A stretch of DNA of 64,000 nucleotides from Firmicutes bacterium CAG:321_26_22 (GTDB taxonomy: Bacteria; Bacillota_I; Bacilli_A; RF39; UBA660), in the NCBI GenBank assembly GCA_001916775.1, contig MNTB01000030.1:120901-184900 (forward strand). The letters run 5' to 3'. The notes under the pieces were generated by a model. It worked only from the letters and a program-made list of their open reading frames with translations, made no database searches and was not told the DNA's origin. A program made the position numbers and the translations under genes. Positions 48,501 to 56,864 of the stretch are shown in pieces (positions within the stretch are counted from its first letter, which is position 1; each line of letters opens with the position of its first letter).

Positions 48501-50208
48501 GGTTGGTTCAAGAGGTAGTGTTGGTTCTTCATTTGTAGCTACGATGATGGGTATTACTGAGGTTAATCCTCTTCCTGCTCATTATAGATGCCTTAAATGT
48601 AAAAATAGTATTTTTAAAGATGATAATGGTAATGATTTAGGTGCTACTTATTCTAGTGGATTTGATTTGCCTGATAAGATTTGTCCTAATTGTGGTGAGC
48701 ATATGTATAAAGATGGACAAGATATGCCATTTGCTACTTTCCTTGGGTTTAATGCTGATAAGGTTCCTGATATTGATCTTAATTTTTCGGATTTGAATCA
48801 AGCATCTGCTCATGAATATACTAAAGTTTTATTTGGTGTTGATAATGTTTATAGGGCTGGTACAATTGGTACTGTTGCTGAAAAAACAGCCTTTGGTTTT
48901 GTTAAGGGATACTTTGAAGATAAGGGTATTATGAATAAGAGATCTTGTGAAATTGAGAGACTAGCGATGGGGTGTACTGGTGTTAAGAGAACAACTGGTC
49001 AGCATCCTGGTGGTATTGTTGTTGTTCCTGATTATATGGATGTATCTGACTTTACACCTTTTCAATTTCCTGCTGAAGATCCTACTAGTGCATGGAGAAC
49101 GACACACTTTGATTATCATGCTATTGACCAAGATTTACTTAAACTTGATATATTAGGTCATTCTGATCCTACGCAGCTTAGATTAATTCAAGAATTATCT
49201 GGTACGGATATTCTTAAGGTTCCTCTTGATGATAAAGATACGATGAGTATATTTACTTCTACTAAGGTACTTGGTGTTACTAATGAACAAATTATGTGTG
49301 ATACTGGTACTCTTGGTATTCCTGAGTTTGGTACTCCCTTTACTATTTCTATGGTAGCGGAAACTAAACCTACTACTTTTGCGGAACTTATTAAGATATC
49401 TGGATTATCTCATGGTACTGATGTATGGCTTGGTAATGCGCAAGAACTTATTAAAAATAATATTGTTCCTTTTAAAGATGTTATTGGATGTCGTGATGAT
49501 ATAATGGTTTATCTGATGTATCATGGTGTTGAACCTATTAAGGCATTTAAAATAATGGAATTTGTACGTAAGGGTAAGGCTAGTAAAGATCCTGAAACTT
49601 GGGCTAAGCATAAAGAAACTATGGAAAAGGCTGGTATTGAATCTTGGTTTATTGATAGTTGTCATAAGATTAAGTACATGTTCCCTAAAGCACATGCTGC
49701 TGCTTATGTTATTAGTGCTTTTAGAATTGCTTGGTATAAGGTACATATGCCTGTATACTTCTATGCTAGTTGGTATACTACTAAGGCTACTGATTTTAAT
49801 ATTGAGGCTATGATTAGAGGATATGATAGTATTAAGAATGCTATTATTGAAATTGAGAGTAAGGGATTTGATGCTTCTAATAAAGAGAATGGTATATCTG
49901 AATCTTTAAAGGTTGCTTTAGAGATGGCTGCAAGAGGTATTAAGGTTGCTCCTTATAATTTATATAAGAGTAAGGGTTCTATCTTTACAGTAGAAGATGA
50001 TAAGACTATTATTCCTCCATTTAGAGCTATTGATGGTCTTGGTGATGTTGTTGCTAAGAATATTGAAAAAGAGGCTGCGAGAGCTCCATTTATTAGTATT
50101 GAGGATTTTCAAACTAGATGTAAGGTATCTCAAACTTTAATTGATAAGATGAGAACGATGGGTATATTTGAAGATATGCCTGAGACTAGTCAACTTAGTT
50201 TATTTTAG
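45586..50208 (+). CDS. polC: DNA polymerase III PolC (Gram-positive type, with 3'-5' exonuclease)
   Basis: 1540 aa from the ATG at 45586 (AGGTG RBS; -10 TAGTATAAT at 45552-45560, upstream of which the track start at 45529 lies). PHP domain, exonuclease motifs VVFDTETTG and HNAKFD, zinc finger CLKC...CPNCG, polymerase core PDIDLNF. Confidence 0.95.
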   Translation: MQDKMERLLNQIGMNKDYLENASIDKIIVYEKNNLWEFIISNDKVLPVYIYDELCNKIMNTFKTIKDINVVITTNNNSNEYLEDYFDRLIDLFSDDSIKYKTFIDRKLNIDNDNYIFDVYNKAELAYMTEKKEYLNEMLNRYGFNGNFVLNLCENKENDILNQIEKDKIVNIPSMVSPRKESVPDKVEEKKYFRPKRDTSITPIKDLMYEVDNITINGMIFGMDMFESKSGYKIITLKVTDNSDSIYVKMFTKDNDEYARIKDLLKVGSWYNFYGKVAMDKYSNELTFTTRYKDVDKTESPEKEKVVDNAPVKRVELHAHTMMSQMDGITNVDLNKHTCELVSKCIDMGYRGVAITDHSGCQAFPIAYDIIKSYNKKIEDPSKHFKGLYGTELTVVDDTVNIVVRPDDRILKDLTYVVFDTETTGFNAGGADQMIEIGAVKIKDGAIIDRFDELIDPGRHIPDKITELTCITDDMVKGKDNEENVTKRFLEWAGDNPMVAHNAKFDISFISSAMKKYNLGEFNSTVIDTLELSRALDTGYSRHSLSALVKRYNVPWDEDAHHRADYDAEGTALVFYKMLGKLFTQNFEKISDLEKLIPKDEIYKFGRTYHFNAIALNKTGLKNLFKIISLANTTYLYKTPRILRSKLNELREGLIIGSGCYESEVFIEGRSKEGEELTNIINFYDYVEVQPPEVYDHLIQTSDFKDVNEIKEHIKKIINATREAGKLIVATGDVHHFSKEDKIYREIIVNQKVPGGGRHPLAKSSIKSIPSQHFRTTEEMLNDFAFLGEELAYDIVVTNTNKVLDMVDEIEVIIDTGGIPFSPRVKSDDGKSYLDCPRVVTDLVFDRAKEWYGDDLPHNIEERISKELYGDIVYKCWKELISEDNPNISDDELDSKLFENLHNTLVNGFDEVKMLVSDYVKKHWSEEDGEMTDKALDKKIKKSLGGVIGGGFDPIYLIAQRLVKHSNDEGFLVGSRGSVGSSFVATMMGITEVNPLPAHYRCLKCKNSIFKDDNGNDLGATYSSGFDLPDKICPNCGEHMYKDGQDMPFATFLGFNADKVPDIDLNFSDLNQASAHEYTKVLFGVDNVYRAGTIGTVAEKTAFGFVKGYFEDKGIMNKRSCEIERLAMGCTGVKRTTGQHPGGIVVVPDYMDVSDFTPFQFPAEDPTSAWRTTHFDYHAIDQDLLKLDILGHSDPTQLRLIQELSGTDILKVPLDDKDTMSIFTSTKVLGVTNEQIMCDTGTLGIPEFGTPFTISMVAETKPTTFAELIKISGLSHGTDVWLGNAQELIKNNIVPFKDVIGCRDDIMVYLMYHGVEPIKAFKIMEFVRKGKASKDPETWAKHKETMEKAGIESWFIDSCHKIKYMFPKAHAAAYVISAFRIAWYKVHMPVYFYASWYTTKATDFNIEAMIRGYDSIKNAIIEIESKGFDASNKENGISESLKVALEMAARGIKVAPYNLYKSKGSIFTVEDDKTIIPPFRAIDGLGDVVAKNIEKEAARAPFISIEDFQTRCKVSQTLIDKMRTMGIFEDMPETSQLSLF

Positions 50209-50210
50209 AA

Positions 50211-50299
50211 AATATTTCCCGGGAAATAATTTGGGAAATATTTTTTTCAGTTCGAGCTTGTAATCTCTCACTGTTAAATAAAGCCTGTAGTCTTTATTT
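50211..50299. repeat. Composite repeat module (left): CCCGGG-centred palindrome + tail + inverted HP-AG hairpin
   Basis: tatttcccgggaaata-atttgggaaata...agttcgagcttgtaatctctcactg...aaataaAGCCtgtaGTCTttattt. Confidence 0.75.
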
Positions 50300-50372
50300 A
50301 AAGTGTTTTTGTTCTAAATATATTTTATATAAAAATGCACAAAAATTTAAATAATTTGTGCATTTTTTTGTT

Positions 50373-50840
50373 TTAATTAAATATTGATAATTTTCTTACT
50401 GGTAATTCTTTTGGTTTTTGATTAGTTATATACTTTTTAATTTTGATATCTATAGTTATTAAATTAGTAAGATTAATTCTTATTATATTAATTTCATCAT
50501 CAGTTAAATTATTTACTGGTAATATATATTTTTTATATATTCTTGGAGAGACTCCTACTAAAGTAGTAAATATTTCTGAGTAATATTCTAATGAATTATA
50601 ACCACTTTTAAAGGCTATGTTTAATATTTTATTATTATAATTATAATGTTCTAAACTATTTAGAATTTTTTTTATATTTATATATTCTTTAATAGTTATA
50701 TTTAATTCTCTTTTGAATCTTTTCATTATATATGTTTTATCATAACTGAATATTTTACTTAATTCATTAATAGTTATTTCTCTATTTAAATTTTCATTTA
50801 TGTACTCTATTATATTACATACTAGTTCATTAGAATAAAT
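50373..50840 (-). CDS. AraC-family HTH-only protein; the coding frame extends upstream of the track start
   Basis: Two HTH units: ITINELSKIFSYDKTYIMKRFKREL (upstream of the track Met at 50726, same frame) and GYNSLEYYSEIFTTLVGVSPRIYKK. The frame is open to 50852 with no in-frame ATG. ATT/ATA codons follow a GGAGGG at 50847-50852. Confidence 0.55.
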   Translation of the reverse strand: MYSNELVCNIIEYINENLNREITINELSKIFSYDKTYIMKRFKRELNITIKEYINIKKILNSLEHYNYNNKILNIAFKSGYNSLEYYSEIFTTLVGVSPRIYKKYILPVNNLTDDEINIIRINLTNLITIDIKIKKYITNQKPKELPVRKLSIFN

Positions 50841-50939
50841 AATTATCCCTCCTTATTATTATTTTATCATAAAAAAGCCATTTTTGTTTAATTTTTTTAT
50901 CATTTTTAGGTCTATAATTAATTTGAAAGGAGGAATAAT

Positions 50940-52301
50940 ATGTTTTATTCAAAATGGACTTCTGAAAAAGATTTAAAAAAATATCTTACAGAAGTAGAGA
51001 TTGGCTTTGAGATGCAAAAGTCTGGAATACAAATGTTATCAGAAGGAAATAAAATTTATATTAAGGATGATGAATCTCATAGTCTTGTTATTGGTTCTGC
51101 TGGTAGTGGTAAAACACAAGCTGTTGTATTACCACTTGTTAGAACTATTATCAAATCAAATGAATCTTTTTTGATTAATGATGTCAAAGGAGAAATAATG
51201 AACAAAGTGGGAGGTGAGTTAAAGAAAAGAGGGTATAATATAATAGTTTTAGATTATGCTAATTTAAAAATTGGTAATCATTATAATGTACTTGATTTTC
51301 CATATTATCTTTATAATAATGATGAAAAAGATAAAGCTATTGAAATATTAGAAAATATTGCCTACTATATAATGCATGATATTGATTCTACTAGTGATCC
51401 TTTCTGGGAAAAAACTGCTGGTGATTACTTTGTTGGACTTGCTTTATATTTATTTGATAATGCTAAAAGCGAAGAAATTAATTTAAATAGTATATTTAAT
51501 TTATCAAATGATATTTTTAAAGATGAAAAGGGATATGATAAACTAATTATGAATAGTTTGGATAAATCTTCTAGTACTTATCAGTTCCTATCAGGTACTT
51601 TGTTTTCGCCTAAAGAAACTAGTGGTGGTATTATTGCTACTTTTAGTCAAAAAATTAAGGGGTTTGTTACTAGAGAAAAATTATCTAGCATGATGGCTAC
51701 ATCTGACTTTGATTTTAAAAATATTGGTAATGAAAAAACTGCTATCTTTGTTATTACTGGTACTGCTAACTACGCTAATGATTTAGTTTCAATACTAGTA
51801 GATGAGTTATTTTATAGTTTAGATTTATTTAAAAATAAAAATAATAGATTTAATTTAATATTAGATGAATTCGATAGTATGAAACCAATAAAAGATTTTT
51901 ATAATAGAATTAACTATGCTAGAGGAAACAATATTAAAATTACTGCTTTAATAAAAGATCTTACTAATTTAAATATTGTTTATGGTACCAATTATAAAGA
52001 TTTAATTAGAATGTGTTTTAATAATATTATTTATTTACTAGCTAATGATTTATATACTTTAGAAGAAATTAGTAAGTTATGTGGTGATACTGAAAAAGGA
52101 CCACTAATTAGTATTCAAGAACTTAAAACACTAGATAATTTTGAAGAAGTTATTCTTATGACAAGGATGTATCCTGTTAGAACTAAAGTTCTTCCTGATT
52201 ATAAAATTAATTGGAATTTTGATAATTCAGAATTAGGGTTTAATAATCTAGAAAAAAATCAAATTAATTTATTTGATATTGAAAAATTTTTGAAAAAATA
52301 A
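50940..52301 (+). CDS. Soluble TraG/VirD4-like (type IV coupling protein family) P-loop ATPase lacking N-terminal TM helices
   Basis: Walker A GSAGSGKTQ, NDVKGE, Walker B LILDEFDSM, and overall T4CP-like spacing. AAAGGAGGA RBS. Confidence 0.7.
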   Translation: MFYSKWTSEKDLKKYLTEVEIGFEMQKSGIQMLSEGNKIYIKDDESHSLVIGSAGSGKTQAVVLPLVRTIIKSNESFLINDVKGEIMNKVGGELKKRGYNIIVLDYANLKIGNHYNVLDFPYYLYNNDEKDKAIEILENIAYYIMHDIDSTSDPFWEKTAGDYFVGLALYLFDNAKSEEINLNSIFNLSNDIFKDEKGYDKLIMNSLDKSSSTYQFLSGTLFSPKETSGGIIATFSQKIKGFVTREKLSSMMATSDFDFKNIGNEKTAIFVITGTANYANDLVSILVDELFYSLDLFKNKNNRFNLILDEFDSMKPIKDFYNRINYARGNNIKITALIKDLTNLNIVYGTNYKDLIRMCFNNIIYLLANDLYTLEEISKLCGDTEKGPLISIQELKTLDNFEEVILMTRMYPVRTKVLPDYKINWNFDNSELGFNNLEKNQINLFDIEKFLKK

Positions 52302-52381
52302 TATTTAATATTATGTATTTAGAAAAGAAATATATGAAAGGAGGGTAAGTAGCAGGATAATGGGGGACTGCTACTGAATAT

Positions 52382-52675
52382 ATGACTTGTTCTAGTTGTA
52401 AATACTTAAATGAAAATAAAAAACTAGATGGAAAAGTAAGTGGCTGTGAATATTTCTGTAATAAAAATAAATATTTTGTTAATGGTCAAAATAATGCTTG
52501 TAATAAGTATGAAAGTTCTTTTAGAAGTACTAATAGATGTAATGAAATATATAACGAAGGTAAAGATTTTTATAATGACATTCATTCTGTTAGTTATTAT
52601 TTATTTATTCTTATTATAGTTATTATTATAGCTATTATTGCTCGTATTAGTAATCCAGAACTTTTCCCATTTTAA
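52382..52675 (+). CDS. Cys-rich small protein with C-terminal TM anchor (97 aa)
   Basis: CSSC...C..FC...C...C pattern, then YYLFILIIVIIIAIIARI. The RBS spacing is poor, so the start is uncertain. Confidence 0.45.
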   Translation: MTCSSCKYLNENKKLDGKVSGCEYFCNKNKYFVNGQNNACNKYESSFRSTNRCNEIYNEGKDFYNDIHSVSYYLFILIIVIIIAIIARISNPELFPF

Positions 52676-52685
52676 AAATATTGTT

Positions 52686-52797
52686 AAATATGAAGACTAT
52701 TTTTATAGGCTTCATATTTTTCATTAAAGACATTAGGCTTTAATGATAGTGAGAAACGTAGATTCGAACTAATAAATTATTTCCTGGGAAATAATTT
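52686..52797. repeat. Composite repeat module (right, inverted relative to 50211-50299)
   Basis: aaatatgaAGAC...GGCTtcatattt, cattaaAGACattaGGCTttaatg, atagtgagaaacgtagattcgaac, aattatttcctgggaaataatt. Confidence 0.75.
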
Positions 52798-52878
52798 ATA
52801 TAAATAAAATAACATAGAAAGACTTTATTTTAAGGCTTTTTTTTAGTATAATTATATATAGAAAGACTTGGTGATGTT

Positions 52879-55473
52879 ATGAAAAAAATAGTTTTAGTAG
52901 ATGGTAATAATCTTTTATTTAGAAGCTATTATGCTACTCTTTATACAGGTAATATAATGAGAAATAAAGATGGATTCCCTACGAATGGAGTATATGGTTT
53001 TGTTAATATGATTAATAAAATTGTTAATGATGAAAAACCAGAATACATGATGGTTGCTTTTGATATAGGTAAGACTTTTAGACATGAAAAATATGAAAGA
53101 TATAAAGATGGAAGAAAAGAAACTCCTGATGACTTAAAGGTACAATTTCCAATTGCTAAGAAAATACTTGCAGCAATGGGAATTAAATATTTAGAATGTG
53201 CCGGTTATGAAGCGGATGATATTATTGGTACTGTATCTATGTGGTGTGAGAAAGATCCAGAATATGAGGCTTTAATTGTAAGTAGTGATAAAGATTTACT
53301 TCAGTTAATTAGTGATGAGACAACAGTTAAATTACTTAAAACTAAAGATTATATTATGATGGATAGAAAAACTTTTAATGAGACATATGGTTTTGAACCT
53401 ATTCATATGATAGATTTAAAGGCTTTAATGGGAGATGCTTCAGATAACATTCCTGGTGTTCGTGGTATTGGAGAAAAGGGAGCTATTAAATTAGTTAGTG
53501 AATATACTACTATTGAAAATATTTATGCTAATATTAATAATATTAAAGGTGCTACACAAACTAAACTTATTGAAGGTGAAGATGATGCTTATTATAGTAA
53601 AGATTTAGTTACGATATATAGAGAAGTTCCTCTTGATGTTAGTTTTGATGATTTAAAATATAAAAATTGTAATATTGAAGAACTTACTAATATTTATAAG
53701 GAATTAGGTTTTTATTCTCTTCTTAAGAAATTGGATGATGTAATTGAAGAAGATAAAAAGAAAGACGAACATAATAGTATAGATAACTTTAAAGTTATTA
53801 CTGATATTAATGAAGTTAAAATTAATGAGGAGACCGCTATCTGGTTAGATACCACTATTGGTAATTATCATGATGCTGAATTACTTGGTATTTCTTTATA
53901 TAATAATAATTTAGCCTACTATATTCCTTTTGATATATTAAAAAATAATTATAATGTTTTAAATACTGAATTTAATTTATTTACTTATGATTATAAGAAG
54001 TTAATTGTAATATTTAATAGATATGGTATTAAAGTACCTAAGATTGGTTTTGATACTATGATTAGTGCTTATTTACTTAACTACGAAACTAAAGATGATA
54101 TTGCTTATCTTGCTAATAATATGAATTTTAATATTCCTATTTATGATAAGAAAGAAGTAGTAAGTGATGAAGAAGCTAGTAAGAGAGCTATTCTTAAAGC
54201 TAAATTTATTTATACTTCAAAGAAAGAACTATATAATAAGATGAAAGAAGAAGATAATATTTATCTATTTGAAAATATTGAAATGCCTCTAGCAAAGGTA
54301 CTTGCTAAGATGGAAATTGAAGGTATTAGAGTTGATAAAAATATTTTAAAAGAAATGGGAGAAGAAATTAAAATTAAATTAGAACTTATTACTAAGGATA
54401 TTTATAATTATGCTGGATGTGAATTTAATATTAATTCTCCTAAACAACTCGGTGAAATTTTATTTGAAACGCTTAATCTTCCTTATGGAAAGAAAAATAA
54501 AAGTGGGGGATATACTACTGATGCTGATGTTCTTAAAAAATTAGTGGATTATCCTATTGTTAATTGTATCTTAGAATATAGAGCACTTACTAAACTTTAT
54601 TCTACTTATATTGATGGTATGATTAACTGTATTAGAGAGGATGGTAAAATACATACTATTTACACACAGACTTTAACAAGAACTGGTAGATTATCTTCAA
54701 TTGAACCTAACTTACAAAATATTCCAATGAGAAGTGAGTATGGTAGACTTATTAGAAAGGCTTTTATTCCAGAAAGTAATAGTGTTATTTTATCTTCTGA
54801 CTACTCACAGATTGAACTTAGAGTATTTGCTCATTTATCAGGAGTTAATGATTTAATAAATGCTTTTAATGAAGGTATAGATATTCATACTAAGACCGCT
54901 ATGGATATATTTAAAGTACCACAAGAAGGTGTTACTAAAAATATGCGTAGGCAGGCTAAAGCTGTTAACTTTGGTATTTTATATGGTATTAGTAGTTATG
55001 GCTTAGCTGAAGACTTAGGTATTCCAGTTAAAGAGGCTAAAGAATTTATTAATAAATATTTTGATACTTATCCAGGTGTTAGAGACTATATGGATAAAGA
55101 AATTGAAACTGCTAAAAAGAATGGCTATGTTAAAACTATTATGAATAGAAAGAGAGTTATTGATGAATTAAAGAGTACTAATTATATGATTAGAAATATG
55201 GGTGAAAGAATGGCTCTTAATACTCCTGTTCAAGGGTCAGCTTCAGATATTTTGAAAAAAGCTATGATTGAAATTGATGAAATATTTGAAAAAGAAAATA
55301 TTAAGAGTAAGATGCTTCTTCAAGTACATGACGAATTAATATTTAATGTATACGATGATGAAATTGATAAAGTTAAAGAGATTGTATATAATACTATGAC
55401 TAATGTATTTGATTTAAAGGTACCACTTGATGTAGATATAGAGTTGGGAAATAATTGGTATGAGGCTAAATAG
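52879..55473 (+). CDS. polA: DNA polymerase I
   Basis: 5' nuclease domain (LVDGNNLLFRSYYA, GVRGIGEKGA) and polymerase motifs A (LSSDYSQIELRV), B (RRQAKAVNFGILYG) and C (LQVHDEL). Confidence 0.95.
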   Translation: MKKIVLVDGNNLLFRSYYATLYTGNIMRNKDGFPTNGVYGFVNMINKIVNDEKPEYMMVAFDIGKTFRHEKYERYKDGRKETPDDLKVQFPIAKKILAAMGIKYLECAGYEADDIIGTVSMWCEKDPEYEALIVSSDKDLLQLISDETTVKLLKTKDYIMMDRKTFNETYGFEPIHMIDLKALMGDASDNIPGVRGIGEKGAIKLVSEYTTIENIYANINNIKGATQTKLIEGEDDAYYSKDLVTIYREVPLDVSFDDLKYKNCNIEELTNIYKELGFYSLLKKLDDVIEEDKKKDEHNSIDNFKVITDINEVKINEETAIWLDTTIGNYHDAELLGISLYNNNLAYYIPFDILKNNYNVLNTEFNLFTYDYKKLIVIFNRYGIKVPKIGFDTMISAYLLNYETKDDIAYLANNMNFNIPIYDKKEVVSDEEASKRAILKAKFIYTSKKELYNKMKEEDNIYLFENIEMPLAKVLAKMEIEGIRVDKNILKEMGEEIKIKLELITKDIYNYAGCEFNINSPKQLGEILFETLNLPYGKKNKSGGYTTDADVLKKLVDYPIVNCILEYRALTKLYSTYIDGMINCIREDGKIHTIYTQTLTRTGRLSSIEPNLQNIPMRSEYGRLIRKAFIPESNSVILSSDYSQIELRVFAHLSGVNDLINAFNEGIDIHTKTAMDIFKVPQEGVTKNMRRQAKAVNFGILYGISSYGLAEDLGIPVKEAKEFINKYFDTYPGVRDYMDKEIETAKKNGYVKTIMNRKRVIDELKSTNYMIRNMGERMALNTPVQGSASDILKKAMIEIDEIFEKENIKSKMLLQVHDELIFNVYDDEIDKVKEIVYNTMTNVFDLKVPLDVDIELGNNWYEAK

Positions 55474-55479
55474 GTAAAA

Positions 55480-55509
55480 TTATTTCCCGGGAAATAATTT
55501 GGGAAATAA
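55480..55509. repeat. Third copy of the CCCGGG palindrome (probable polA terminator)
   Basis: tatttcccgggaaataatttgggaaata is identical over 28 nt to 50213-50240 downstream of polC. Confidence 0.75.
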
Positions 55510-55535
55510 TTTAAGTAATAAAAGAGGTGATATAT

Positions 55536-56363
55536 ATGCCAGAATTACCAGAGGTAGAGACTGTTAAAGAATCTTTAAAGTTAAGATTGAATAATAAAAA
55601 AATAATTAGAACTAGAGTTTTATGGGATAATATTATTGCATATCCTAGTAAAGAGAAATTTATTAAAGAGACTGCTAATCAAAGTATTAATGATGTTAAA
55701 AGAAGAGGTAAATTCTTGCTGTTTGATTTAGACGATTATTATCTTCTGTCACATCTTAGAATGGAAGGTAAATACTTTTTTAAGACTAAAGATGATGATA
55801 TTAATAAACATGAACATGTTATTTTTGACTTAGATGATGGTAGCGAACTTAGATATATGGATACTAGAAAATTTGGTAAAATGTATCTTATAAAAAAAGA
55901 AGATATCGATAAGATAGGACCACTAGTGGAACTTGGTCTTGAACCTTGGGATGATAATCTTACTAGTGAATATTTACTTGATAAATATAAGAAAAAGAGA
56001 TTACCTATTAAGAGCGTTTTACTTGATCAAAATATAATCGTTGGTATTGGTAATATATATGCTGATGAAATTTTATTTCTATCTAAAATTAATCCTTTGA
56101 AGAAATGTAATCTAATTACTAAAGAAGAAGCTGAAAATATAATTAAATATACAAAAAAAGTTTTAGAGGCCGCTATTGAAAAAGGAGGAACTACTATTAG
56201 AACATATAGTTCTGTTGATGGAGTTCACGGTTTATTTCAAAATGAATTATTTGTTCATGGTAAGGATAAAAATAATTGTCCTATTTGTAATACGAAAATT
56301 GAAAAGATTAAAGTTGGTGGTAGAGGTACTTATTATTGTCCTAAGTGCCAAACTTTACAATAA
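55536..56363 (+). CDS. mutM: Formamidopyrimidine-DNA glycosylase
   Basis: Begins MPELPEVE (the catalytic Pro2 requires the ATG at 55536, not the GTG at 55527). H2TH region and C-terminal zinc finger CPICNTK...CPKCQ. Confidence 0.9.
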   Translation: MPELPEVETVKESLKLRLNNKKIIRTRVLWDNIIAYPSKEKFIKETANQSINDVKRRGKFLLFDLDDYYLLSHLRMEGKYFFKTKDDDINKHEHVIFDLDDGSELRYMDTRKFGKMYLIKKEDIDKIGPLVELGLEPWDDNLTSEYLLDKYKKKRLPIKSVLLDQNIIVGIGNIYADEILFLSKINPLKKCNLITKEEAENIIKYTKKVLEAAIEKGGTTIRTYSSVDGVHGLFQNELFVHGKDKNNCPICNTKIEKIKVGGRGTYYCPKCQTLQ

Positions 56364-56374
56364 TTTGACACTGA

Positions 56375-56408
56375 AAATGTAACCCATTTGGTTACATTTT
56401 ATTTTTTT
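56375..56408 (+). terminator. Intrinsic terminator of mutM
   Basis: aatgtaacc-cattt-ggttacatt followed by a long T-run. Confidence 0.8.
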
Positions 56409-56456
56409 TATTGACTTTACTATTATCTATATGGTAATTTAAAAGTGGTGAATTTT

Positions 56457-56864
56457 ATGAATGACGAAATATTTAGATTATCTTTAATTGATGTAATGAA
56501 TGAGGGGTTACTTAATGACTTTGTAAATGATATTTTTGGTTATGATTTTGATATTAAAAAGGAAGAGTATGTCTATATTCAATATAAAATATTAGGAGAC
56601 AATATTATTCTTAATATTTATGATAATAAGAATAATAATAGATTTAAAGCTTATATATTTACTATGAATGATATCGATAGTGATGAAGATACTAAATATA
56701 TTAATGTAAAAGAAAAATATGATAAATATAAGAAAGGTAACAAGGAAAAAATTACTTTAATAGCTAGTTTACTTTTATCTAAGGATAATGATGAAAAAAA
56801 AGAGATTATTGAATCTCTATTTAGTGGGAAAATAAAAGACATTTTTAGTCATTATTTTCTTTAA
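56457..56864 (+). CDS. Hypothetical protein (135 aa)
   Basis: RBS AGTGGTG before the ATG at 56457. The 3' end overlaps convergent tmcAL by 20 nt. No family recognised. Confidence 0.45.
   Translation: MNDEIFRLSLIDVMNEGLLNDFVNDIFGYDFDIKKEEYVYIQYKILGDNIILNIYDNKNNNRFKAYIFTMNDIDSDEDTKYINVKEKYDKYKKGNKEKITLIASLLLSKDNDEKKEIIESLFSGKIKDIFSHYFL

Noticed and set aside
47384-49813. Plus-strand out-of-frame and minus-strand ORFs inside polC (47384-47680, 47690-47947, 47491-47862, 49405-49746, 49562-49813)
   Set aside because: They are fully embedded in a strongly supported 1540-aa gene and have a Leu/Ile/Arg-rich composition typical of alternative frames. The same reasoning applies to the embedded ORFs in dnaE, valS, secA, hpf, ackA, sigA, the ABC gene and others.
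52335-52381. Mini-ORFs (MKGG*, MGDCY*) and a hairpin upstream of the Cys-rich gene as a leader-peptide attenuator
   Set aside because: The RBS spacings are poor for both mini-ORFs and there is no alternative terminator/antiterminator pairing that I can draw. I kept only the hairpin observation, noted in the T4CP finding.
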